A stretch of 18,355 bases of DNA from Clostridium sp. UBA699 (GTDB lineage: Bacteria; Bacillota; Clostridia; Clostridiales; Clostridiaceae), in assembly GCA_002298915.1 (NCBI GenBank), contig DBML01000015.1:16234-34588 (forward strand), given 5' to 3'. The notes under the pieces were generated by a model. It was not told the DNA's origin. It saw only the letters and a list, made by a program, of their open reading frames with translations, and did not search any database. Shown here one piece after another: positions 7,934 through 15,558 of the stretch. Each line of letters begins with the position of its first letter. Position 1 is the first letter of the stretch. Made by a program: the position numbers and the translations under genes.

Positions 7934-7960
7934 TGCTTTTCTGAAATTTATTATTGAAAT

Positions 7961-8004
7961 AAAAAAAACCACCCATTGATAGAATCATTTCTACCAATGG
8001 GTGG
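7961..8004 (-). terminator. Intrinsic terminator for minus-strand transcription (10-bp stem CCACCCATTG/CAATGGGTGG, with U8 on the minus strand).
   Basis: A8 at 7961-7968 on the plus strand equals T8 after the hairpin on the minus strand. Confidence 0.6.
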
Positions 8005-8121
8005 CAATTCTTGATTTCCAGTAATCCAGTCCATATGCATTTTTGCTGCTTCATTAAAATCATTTACATTTTACGGCTACTATGCAGATACCGATTAATA
8101 TCTCCTTGTTTTAGGCATGCA

Positions 8122-8156
8122 AAGAGCCCTCGCCGGTTTAGCCCGCGAGGGCTCTT
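8122..8156. other. Very stable GC-rich hairpin (12-bp perfect stem AAGAGCCCTCGC/GCGAGGGCTCTT, 11-nt loop) in the long 3' region of the RHH gene.
   Basis: Seen directly. It is not followed by a U-tract on either strand. Confidence 0.4.
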
Positions 8157-8224
8157 GATAAAGCTCTCGATACTATTATTATATATTGTTCTTAAACAAA
8201 CACTCCCTCAGAATTCCCTAATCT

Positions 8225-8818
8225 TTATGAGTGCTTTCTGCAGTAAGCTTCAACCTTCTCTGCAAAGGCTCCAGGAATTTTCTCCTGCCAATAGGGAACT
8301 GACGCCATCAGGGACTTAAGTGCCTTATGATATTTGCTTTCGCCAAGTTCGGTCTTTATTTTCCCCATCAGATATTCAAGGTCTTTAAATTTTAGGACGC
8401 GGGTGTTAGGATCACCTTTGACAAGATTATCGAGCACAGTCAAATATATAAACGCACTGCCTCGGTTCATGCCTGTCTTAACCGACACCTCTGTGCTTAG
8501 CGGATTGACTTCACCGGATCCTTCAAGATGCCTTAAGAAGGCAAGCCAAACTTCGTCAACCATCGCCGTGGTAATTCTGCTGTTACTGCGAGTCGAGGAT
8601 TTTGAACCCTCTTCAAAGGAGTCCTCAAAATCCTCTGATATTTTTGGTTCTGGTCGCTTAGCCACTGTTCCGGTCATAGTCATCGGCAGCCCTTTCTCTA
8701 AAGCTATCCTTCTTAGATAAATGCTCACGGCTATCGTTACATCCATTCCCAGTGAGTGAAGAACCTTTTCGGCTTCGTACAAGATTCCGTCGTCAATTTG
8801 GATTTCTATCTTTGCCAT
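8225..8818 (-). CDS. RelB/DinJ-type ribbon-helix-helix (RHH) antitoxin-like N-terminal domain fused to a ~150-aa C-terminal domain of unknown function. No partner toxin gene is present in the window.
   Basis: The N-terminus MAKIEIQIDDGILYEAEKVLHSLGMDVTIAVSIYLRRIALEKGLP resembles DinJ/RelB. The acidic linker and C-terminal domain are unrecognised. Start at MAKIE (8816-8818), with GGAGGTG 7 nt upstream. Confidence 0.55.
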   Translation of the reverse strand: MAKIEIQIDDGILYEAEKVLHSLGMDVTIAVSIYLRRIALEKGLPMTMTGTVAKRPEPKISEDFEDSFEEGSKSSTRSNSRITTAMVDEVWLAFLRHLEGSGEVNPLSTEVSVKTGMNRGSAFIYLTVLDNLVKGDPNTRVLKFKDLEYLMGKIKTELGESKYHKALKSLMASVPYWQEKIPGAFAEKVEAYCRKHS

Positions 8819-8839
8819 ATTAAACACCTCCACAAAATA

Positions 8840-8940
8840 CTATTACATTTCTTAAATTTACTATATCGCTTATCCGCTTTCTTGTCAATAGTATTTTATA
8901 GTATTTTCATTTTCTTCGTATATAAAGTTATAGTATTTGT
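8840..8940 (-). promoter_or_regulatory. Consensus sigma-A promoter (-35 TTGACA at 8883-8888, 17 nt, -10 TATAGT at 8860-8865) flanked by four ATACTAT/ATAGTAT repeats (direct upstream, inverted in the leader). These are putative RHH autoregulatory operator sites.
   Basis: Motif copies at ~8847, 8890, 8899 and 8931, read directly. Confidence 0.5.
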
Positions 8941-9037
8941 TTCACTAGCAGCACAAAAGGCTCCGAAGATGATTTAGAGCGTTTGACCGGAGGCGTTAAA
9001 TATGGCTTTCACTATAGCTGAGTTCGCTCAGCAAAGA

Positions 9038-9083
9038 AAAACCACCTGCTGATAATTAATTTTATCAGCAGGTGGTTTTCTTT
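9038..9083. terminator. Bidirectional intrinsic terminator (AAAAACCACCTGCTGATA-loop-TATCAGCAGGTGGTTTT).
   Basis: 14-bp stem flanked by an A-run and a T-run. It terminates the tRNA-Ser transcript on the minus strand. Confidence 0.7.
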
Positions 9084-9172
9084 TGGCGGAGACGGTGGGA
9101 TTCGAACCCACGTGCCCGTGAGGACAAAACGATTTCGAGTCGTTCTCGTTATGACCACTTCGATACGTCTCC
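9084..9172 (-). tRNA. tRNA-Ser, anticodon CGA, class II with long variable arm, encoded CCA.
   Basis: Manual fold: acceptor GGAGACG/CGTCTCC; D-stem TCG/CGA; anticodon stem AACGA/TCGTT; loop CTCGAAA; variable arm 16 nt; T-arm GTGGG-TTCGAAT-CCCAC; discriminator G; CCA. Confidence 0.85.
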
Positions 9173-9188
9173 AAGTGATTACCTACAC

Positions 9189-9217
9189 ATTATACTAGAT
9201 TTTTTTCAACAAATCAA
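9189..9217 (-). promoter_or_regulatory. Sigma-A promoter for tRNA-Ser (-35 TTGATT, 17 nt, -10 TATAAT).
   Basis: Read on the minus strand, about 16 nt upstream of the mature tRNA 5' end. Confidence 0.55.
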
Positions 9218-9224
9218 ATTTATT

Positions 9225-9253
9225 GCGCAAATACTTAATAATTGTTATGATTT
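9225..9253 (+). promoter_or_regulatory. Promoter of the tandem-MarR gene (-35 TTGCGC, 17 nt, -10 TATGAT). It is divergent from the tRNA promoter and partly overlaps it.
   Basis: Read directly. Confidence 0.4.
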
Positions 9254-9274
9254 TCTTATATCGGAGGGATGATT

Positions 9275-10252
9275 ATGAAACTTGAATTCTATACTCTGTC
9301 CAGGTACCTGTTCCTTAAAATTGAAAGGGAGTACGCTAACCTTGTCGAAAAGTCAGGCGTAACTCTTCCCCAGCTTAGGATACTTTGGATAATAAGCGCT
9401 TTTCCTGGAGCCAATTCAACTATGATATCCAATATCGGCTGCTGGACCCCGCCTACCGTGTCAAGGATGATCAAAATCCTGCTCGAGAAGAACCTCATCG
9501 ACCGCGATGCATCCGGGAGCAAATCAAAGGGCATCCACCTTACAGCGAAGGGCCTGGCCACAATTCAGGAAAACAGGCAGCTTCACGGGAGCGCCTTCCC
9601 GCTGTTCAAGCTGATGGACGCTACCGAAAAAGACGAGCTTGACAGCCTCATAAGCGTATACAAGTATACGGCTGTTGAATCGGGCAACGACTTAATAATG
9701 GACTACATCGACAAGGTTAACGATCTTTCGCTTAAGATCGACTACTCGACTTTCCCCGAGGCCGATCAGGCAAGGCTTAGGAAGCTGGTGGAGCTCTACA
9801 ACCTGCTCAGGGTGTTCGTGCTCTCAGTGGAGAACTCTCACAGCCTCCTGCTGAACAAGCTTGGCCTTACCTACCCGCAGATGAGAGCCCTAACTGTGAT
9901 AAAGGCCTACAGCGGGCTTACCTCCTCCCAGCTTGCCGAGATAGCCCTGTGGTCACCGTCCTCGGCAAACCTGGTCGTCAAGAACCTTCTTTCGAAAAAC
10001 CTCATCTACAGGAAAAAGGGAGTCGTGAAGAATTCTCTTCACATGTACGTCACTGACAAGGCAGTGGAAGTTCTCAATGAGGATTCCAAAGAGAACGAAA
10101 ATAAAATCGGCACGTTGAACCTGCTGGACGATGTGCCCAAAGAGAAGCTGCGCGAGCTCAACGTACTCCTTCATACCCTGAACAAGTCGGTGAACAACGA
10201 CATGGTGGTCGACTTCATAGACAGGGTGCTATACCCTGTCAAGAAGCTTTAG
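9275..10252 (+). CDS. Two-domain (tandem-duplicated) MarR-family winged-helix transcriptional regulator.
   Basis: 325 aa. Two MarR-like wHTH units (residues ~30-120 and ~190-280). Start at the second ATG (MKLEF), which has a GGAGGG spacing of 6. Confidence 0.65.
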   Translation: MKLEFYTLSRYLFLKIEREYANLVEKSGVTLPQLRILWIISAFPGANSTMISNIGCWTPPTVSRMIKILLEKNLIDRDASGSKSKGIHLTAKGLATIQENRQLHGSAFPLFKLMDATEKDELDSLISVYKYTAVESGNDLIMDYIDKVNDLSLKIDYSTFPEADQARLRKLVELYNLLRVFVLSVENSHSLLLNKLGLTYPQMRALTVIKAYSGLTSSQLAEIALWSPSSANLVVKNLLSKNLIYRKKGVVKNSLHMYVTDKAVEVLNEDSKENENKIGTLNLLDDVPKEKLRELNVLLHTLNKSVNNDMVVDFIDRVLYPVKKL

Positions 10253-10933
10253 AAGCCCATAGATAAGCGCCTGCGGCGATGGCGGGCACCCCGGAACCGT
10301 CAGGTCAACAGGCATTATTTCCTCAAGCCTGCTTACCACACCGTAGCTGTCCTTGAAGATGCCCCCGTCATGGGCGCATGCTCCAGCGGCTATGACGATC
10401 CTCGGTTCGGCCATTGCCTCGTAGGACTTTATCAGGGCTTCCTTCATGTTGATCGTTACAGGCCCTGTCACCACTATGCCGTCAGCGTGCCTAGGGGATG
10501 CCGCGAACTCGATCCCGTATCTGGAAAGGGAATAGTAGTTGTTGGACATAGCCGAGAGCTCGAGCATGCAGGCGTTGCAGGAACCTGTGTCCACAGACCT
10601 CAGAACGAGTGACCTGCTGAACCTTTTATAGATTTTACGCCTTAGCTCATCCCCTGCCAGCTCAAGCTCAGCCAGCCTGAACTCGTGGCTGTCGGAGAGC
10701 GCGCCCTGCCCGCAGGCTTCGATGCAACGTCCGCAGTATATGCAGCTTCTGTGGTCGATGGCAGCTTTCCCGTTTTCAACCTGTACTGCCCCGACGATGC
10801 ACTCCGAGGAGCATTCCCCGCAGCCGGTACAGCTGTCCTTAACTTCAATCTTTCCGTATGAATAAACGTTGGCGCAAAGGGGATCCTTTGCCGCATCCTT
10901 TCCGTTCATCATCCTGTCATATATAAATTTCAT
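10229..10933 (-). CDS. Ehr/Hyc-type fused subunit: N-terminal 2x[4Fe-4S] ferredoxin (HycF/NuoI-like) plus C-terminal small subunit (HycG/NuoB-like).
   Basis: Two CxxCxxCxxxC ferredoxin motifs at the N-terminus. NuoB-type cysteines are GSCNAC...GACA...PGCPP. It overlaps the convergent MarR gene by 24 nt. Confidence 0.75.
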   Translation of the reverse strand: MKFIYDRMMNGKDAAKDPLCANVYSYGKIEVKDSCTGCGECSSECIVGAVQVENGKAAIDHRSCIYCGRCIEACGQGALSDSHEFRLAELELAGDELRRKIYKRFSRSLVLRSVDTGSCNACMLELSAMSNNYYSLSRYGIEFAASPRHADGIVVTGPVTINMKEALIKSYEAMAEPRIVIAAGACAHDGGIFKDSYGVVSRLEEIMPVDLTVPGCPPSPQALIYGLLKLLDRV

Positions 10934-10941
10934 GGCAATCC

Positions 10942-12513
10942 CTACCTATCATTCTCAGAATAAGACATATTGAGGCTCTTGTTGCACAGAGGAAAGTCCG
11001 GAACAATCTCCCCCATGACGGCGTATGTCAGCCCCCTCCAGTTGGCGAAGGATGGCGTCTTCATGTAAATCCTTTCAAACCTGTTGCCCCTGCCCGCCAT
11101 GCCGTAGATGATGAGGTCGCCCTTCACCGTCTCAACGGACACTATCGCTTCCTGTCCCTGCATGAGGGTGAAAGGGTTCCGCTGTTTGGGGACGGTTCTT
11201 CCTCCGATGCATTCCAGTGCACCCCTGATGTAGTCGAAGGCATTCCTTACCTCCTCAACCTTCAGCTTGTACCTCTCGAAAACGCCCCCGATGCTCTCGG
11301 TGAGCACAGGCTTCTTAAGCTTCGGGTAGAGCTCGTAGCCGAAGCTGTTCCTCACGTCGTAGACGATCCCGCTTGCCCTGCCGGAGACCCCGGTCATGCA
11401 GAGCTTCACTGCATTGTCGTTCCTAATGATCCCCGTGTTCTCCACCCTATCCAGGAACGAAACCGAGCTCAGGGTCATTCCTACAATCCTGTTGAACCTT
11501 CCACAGAAGGATTCGAGTGTATCCACAATATCCACAGCCTTTGCGCTGCTGAATTCGATGCCGCTGCCGCAAGGGATTATCGAGTTCCTGAGGAACCTGC
11601 TTCCAGTAACCCTCTCGCAAAGCTGGCGGACTATCTCGGAAAAGTAGCTGTACTTCTTCGCAGGGTAGCTGAAGCCTATGTCGACGCATATGCCTGCAAT
11701 ATCCTCGAGGAAGTTGCACGCCCTTTCAAGCTCCAGGAGAACTACCCTCAGTGCCTTCAAATCGTCGGGTGCGGACCACCCAACAAGGCTCTCAACCAGA
11801 TGGGCATACCCTTCAGCGTATGCGGCTGTCGACTCGCCTGAGACTCGCTCGAACACCATGCCCAGCTTGTCAGCGTCCACATTTTCCATCAGCTTCTCGA
11901 TCCCCCTGTGCTTGTACATGAGCCTCAGCTCAAGGTTTTCGATCGACTCGCCTATCGCGCTGAACCTGAAGTGTCCGGGTTCGATGATGCCCGCATGGAC
12001 GGGGCCAACTGCTATCTGGTAGCCGCCCTCGCCAGCGAGACCCTTGTATTCGTATATCCCGGTCTCGCTGGTCTCCCTGACCTTGACTCCGTGAGGAAAG
12101 TCCTTCCGAAGAGGGAAAACGTCCTTTTCCCAAGGCTCATGCTTGACCAGGTGCCTCCTGTCTGCTCCCCCTTCTATCTCTAGGCCGTACAGGTCGGCCA
12201 TCTCCCTCTCGAAAAGGTGGGCCTGGAACACCAGGTTCTGGATGGACATGACGCTGCTGTCGGTCTTGTACCTTATGACTACGTAGTAGTTGTGCTTCCT
12301 GCTGATGAAGAGGATGCTGACAAGAAAGCCCTCCGCACCGGTTTCCTGCTGGCAATACTCAGCCGCGAAATTCAGCTTGTGGGCGGAATACAGAAGTGTC
12401 GCAACCTCCGCGGCTTCCGACTTTGGCACGCTGACGTATAGCTCGTTACCGTTTTTTATTACTGTGCTGTATTTTAAATTCTCCAGCTTTTCCTGGAGCT
12501 GATCAATCTTCAT
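10942..12513 (-). CDS. Fused NuoC-NuoD / HycE-like 'large subunit' in which the [NiFe]-ligand cysteines are replaced (Ehr type).
   Basis: GPVHAGIIEPGHFRF and YKHRGIEK motifs. At the N-terminal L1 position RVSGES replaces RxCGxC. At the C-terminal L2 position SLNMSYSENDR replaces SLDPCxxCxxR. Confidence 0.8.
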   Translation of the reverse strand: MKIDQLQEKLENLKYSTVIKNGNELYVSVPKSEAAEVATLLYSAHKLNFAAEYCQQETGAEGFLVSILFISRKHNYYVVIRYKTDSSVMSIQNLVFQAHLFEREMADLYGLEIEGGADRRHLVKHEPWEKDVFPLRKDFPHGVKVRETSETGIYEYKGLAGEGGYQIAVGPVHAGIIEPGHFRFSAIGESIENLELRLMYKHRGIEKLMENVDADKLGMVFERVSGESTAAYAEGYAHLVESLVGWSAPDDLKALRVVLLELERACNFLEDIAGICVDIGFSYPAKKYSYFSEIVRQLCERVTGSRFLRNSIIPCGSGIEFSSAKAVDIVDTLESFCGRFNRIVGMTLSSVSFLDRVENTGIIRNDNAVKLCMTGVSGRASGIVYDVRNSFGYELYPKLKKPVLTESIGGVFERYKLKVEEVRNAFDYIRGALECIGGRTVPKQRNPFTLMQGQEAIVSVETVKGDLIIYGMAGRGNRFERIYMKTPSFANWRGLTYAVMGEIVPDFPLCNKSLNMSYSENDR

Positions 12514-12523
12514 GTTTCACTTC

Positions 12524-13984
12524 CTAACCGCAGATTATAGCGACTGCGCTGTTTATCAATGGGTTCATAAGGTTGCCGAAAGTGGCGCTTATGAATATGA
12601 TCATAGCCAGTGCTGCAAAAAGGGGGACGATGTTCTCCCTGTCCTTTTCGAGCCTGACGAGCTCCTCCGTGCCGTCATCCAGGAATATAATCTTCACGAA
12701 GGGCACTATGAACCCGGCGAAGGCTATCAGCAGGCTCAGTGCCAGCACCGACGACGACAGGTATTCACCGTTGTTGAAGCCGTTCTGAAGTATCTTAAGC
12801 TCGCTGAAGAACGAAGCGGCAGGCGGGGTCCCGGTTATGACAAGGATGCCGATTATCAGGAATACAGAGTTGACAGGCATCGTCTTTATCAGGCACTTGA
12901 TCTTTCCTATCCTCTTCGTCTTGTAAGCGCTGAGTATATTCCCGGAAACCAGAAAAAGAAGGCTCTTCCCGTAGGCATGGATGACCGAGTGCAGAAGAGC
13001 GCCGTACACACCCAGAAGCCCTCCGAAGCCGAATCCCAGGCTCATTATGCCTATGTTTTCCACAGAGGAAAATGCCAGAAGCCTCTTGTAGTTTGTCTGC
13101 TTCAGTATGCTGAAGGTCGATATAACGAGCGACAGGCATCCGAACACGATGAAGAGGTACCTCATGTTCTGCAGGCCATCAGCCATCCTGACTATGACGT
13201 AGAACCTCACGATGACGTATAGCGCCAGGTTGATGAGGATTCCCGACATCATCGCGCTGATGGGAGACGGCGCCTCGCTGTGTCCGTCGGACAGCCAGGT
13301 GTGCATGGGCGCTATGCCCGCTTTGGTGCCTATTCCCACGAAGATAAAGGTGAAGGCCGCCATTAGCACGGTCCTGTTGAAACCCTTGTCCCACCCCAGC
13401 AGATAGGTCCACTGCAGCATGGAGGTGTTGATTTCGGCATTCAGGGAATAGATGAACAGTATGATTCCCACAAGCCCCATTGCGAGGCCAACCGAGCATA
13501 TTATAATATACTTCCAGGCCGCCTCGAGGGAGAGCTTGCTGTTGTTGAAGCCGATCAGGAAAGCGGTCGCAAGCGTTGTCGCCTCCAGCCCTATCCACAT
13601 GCCCATTATGTTGTTGCTCACGGCAAGGAATATCATAGAGAACACGAACACCTGGAAAAGCATGAAGTAAGCCTTAGCCTTCCTCAGGCTTATGGCTTTC
13701 TCTTCATATTCGCATAAGATGTACCTGTGTGAGTATATAGCCGTGACTGCGCTTACTGTCGTTATGATGATGAGCTGTATCTCGCTGAGGCTGTCTATGT
13801 ATACTGCGCTTCCGAAATGGTACAAGTGCCCGCCTGCAGCCACTTCAAAACCTGTCATTACAGAGAGGATCAGAAGTAGAACTGTCCCCAGGATGTTGAC
13901 TATAGAAATTGCCTCAATTTTTTTCAAGATTGCCGACGCCGATATTGCCGCTGCGAATACCGCGATCATTAGATTAATTTGCAT
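12524..13984 (-). CDS. NuoN/NuoM/HyfF-like antiporter-type membrane subunit.
   Basis: 486 aa with about 14 predicted TM helices and Mrp-antiporter-like conserved stretches. AGGTGG RBS. Confidence 0.7.
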   Translation of the reverse strand: MQINLMIAVFAAAISASAILKKIEAISIVNILGTVLLLILSVMTGFEVAAGGHLYHFGSAVYIDSLSEIQLIIITTVSAVTAIYSHRYILCEYEEKAISLRKAKAYFMLFQVFVFSMIFLAVSNNIMGMWIGLEATTLATAFLIGFNNSKLSLEAAWKYIIICSVGLAMGLVGIILFIYSLNAEINTSMLQWTYLLGWDKGFNRTVLMAAFTFIFVGIGTKAGIAPMHTWLSDGHSEAPSPISAMMSGILINLALYVIVRFYVIVRMADGLQNMRYLFIVFGCLSLVISTFSILKQTNYKRLLAFSSVENIGIMSLGFGFGGLLGVYGALLHSVIHAYGKSLLFLVSGNILSAYKTKRIGKIKCLIKTMPVNSVFLIIGILVITGTPPAASFFSELKILQNGFNNGEYLSSSVLALSLLIAFAGFIVPFVKIIFLDDGTEELVRLEKDRENIVPLFAALAMIIFISATFGNLMNPLINSAVAIICG

Positions 13985-13995
13985 TTTTCCACCTG

Positions 13996-14613
13996 CTATT
14001 CCTTTAGATTCGAAAGATAGTCCGTATTCAGCGTGTCGAAGGTCTTGTTTATGTTGAAGATCATTATCCCCATTATCATCGCAAGTATGAGCACCTCGAA
14101 CACTATACCGAACTCTATGACGGACCCCATCTTGACCATGGATATTTCAAAAAGGACGACCCCGTTCTCCATAGTGAGCAGCCCTATCATCTGAGTGATG
14201 GCCTTTCTCCTCCCCATCATAAGCAGCGCGCCAGTGATTATGAGGATGCACCCAACCTTGAAAAGGTAGTCCGAGAAGTTACCCAGGAAGATGAAGCTAA
14301 GCGCAACGGCCGCTCCGGTTACGATGTACGACCAGGAGCCGCTTAGTATGAGGTCTGTCTCCCTCTCCAGCTTGGCGTGCATGATCGACTTGCTGATTAT
14401 CATAGGTATTATGACGACCTTTGTTATTATTGTCAGGAAAAACAGGATGTAGTAGTGGTATTCACCCGCGGTGTAGCCCTTGGCAAGGCACAGAAGCGCT
14501 ATCGCAAGGGACTGCATGGCGAACCCCCTGTTGAGCAGCGAGGCCCGCCTGAAGCCGGACATGGCTACTGCGGATATCAGTATCAAAGAGATCAGAATTT
14601 CAATCATTCGCAT
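13996..14613 (-). CDS. HyfE-like small membrane subunit.
   Basis: 205 aa polytopic membrane protein; size and position match HyfE. Confidence 0.55.
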   Translation of the reverse strand: MRMIEILISLILISAVAMSGFRRASLLNRGFAMQSLAIALLCLAKGYTAGEYHYYILFFLTIITKVVIIPMIISKSIMHAKLERETDLILSGSWSYIVTGAAVALSFIFLGNFSDYLFKVGCILIITGALLMMGRRKAITQMIGLLTMENGVVLFEISMVKMGSVIEFGIVFEVLILAMIMGIMIFNINKTFDTLNTDYLSNLKE

Positions 14614-14622
14614 ACAGCTCCT

Positions 14623-15546
14623 CTAGAAAAAATTGATTACTATGGCGACGAGGCTCAGCGAGAACGCAGCCGAAAGCAGCTCGGGAACCCTGAAGAGCCT
14701 GAATTTTGCCATGGAGCATTCCACAAGCGAAATCGCCCCCAGCACCACCAGAACCTTCGCCATATATGATATGAAGGAGAGAACAACGGGAACGAGTGCA
14801 AAGGTCCCCGTCATTCCCATTGGGAAGAAGCAGTTTATGAATAAAGTCACGAAAACCATGAGCTTAACGTATGACGCCAGCTCCATCATTGCAAGGTCCC
14901 TGCCCGACGTATCCAGTATCATGGCCTCATGGACCATTGTGAGCTCCAGGTGCGTCTCCGGGTTGTCCACAGGAATCCTTGCATTCTCTGCAACGATGAG
15001 GACCGCAAATCCGATCGCAGCAATCAGGTTGGCTATGCCGTATCCGGTCGCGCCTGCCACTGCCTCGCTTATGCCGAACACGTTCATGGAACTTGTCTCC
15101 ATGTAGAGGAACGCAACCGTCAGGAACATGACAGGTTCGGCAAGCATTGATATGAAAAGCTCCCTGCTGCTGCCCATGCCCCCGAAGGCGCTGGCCGAAT
15201 CAAGCCCCGTAAGTGTCATGAAAAACTTAACAACCCCGAGAAGGAATATGATCACGAACATGTTCCCGGCAAACTGGTTCCCGTCGTTGAAGAAAACCGG
15301 CACCATGAATGCCGCGGTAATGCAGGCGCAGAGGCTAAGCCCCGGAGCAACAAGTGTCACGAAAGAACTGCTCGACGAAAGCACCCTGCCCTTCCCTAAC
15401 AGCTTTGCTATGTTGTAGTAAGGCTGCAGAACAGGGCAGGCTTTGCTGCCCCTTATCGACGCCTTTAGATTCTTTATTATCCCCATGAAAAACGGGGTCA
15501 GCATGAGAAGCATCAGGCTCTGTATGATGTAAAATGCGTATTTCAC
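14623..15546 (-). CDS. NuoH/HycD-like membrane subunit.
   Basis: 307 aa (HycD is 307 aa), polytopic. GTG start with TAGGAGGGG RBS. Confidence 0.7.
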   Translation of the reverse strand: MKYAFYIIQSLMLLMLTPFFMGIIKNLKASIRGSKACPVLQPYYNIAKLLGKGRVLSSSSSFVTLVAPGLSLCACITAAFMVPVFFNDGNQFAGNMFVIIFLLGVVKFFMTLTGLDSASAFGGMGSSRELFISMLAEPVMFLTVAFLYMETSSMNVFGISEAVAGATGYGIANLIAAIGFAVLIVAENARIPVDNPETHLELTMVHEAMILDTSGRDLAMMELASYVKLMVFVTLFINCFFPMGMTGTFALVPVVLSFISYMAKVLVVLGAISLVECSMAKFRLFRVPELLSAAFSLSLVAIVINFF

Positions 15547-15558
15547 GGCTTTCCCCTC

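Noticed and set aside
8028-8104. Minus-strand small ORF (~56 aa, MILMKQQKCIW...) in the RHH gene 3' region.
   Set aside because: There is no Shine-Dalgarno sequence. It begins in an ATG-TAA-ATG context and is AT-rich. I read it as noise.
8011-8319. 102-aa plus-strand ORF.
   Set aside because: It overlaps the RHH gene's 3' end and the hairpin region, with no RBS and an implausible composition.
12512-13222. 236-aa plus-strand ORF, with several other 60-180-aa ORFs antisense to the Ehr genes.
   Set aside because: They lie fully inside well-supported minus-strand membrane-protein genes. Their composition is skewed (His/Arg/Gln-rich) and they have no RBS.
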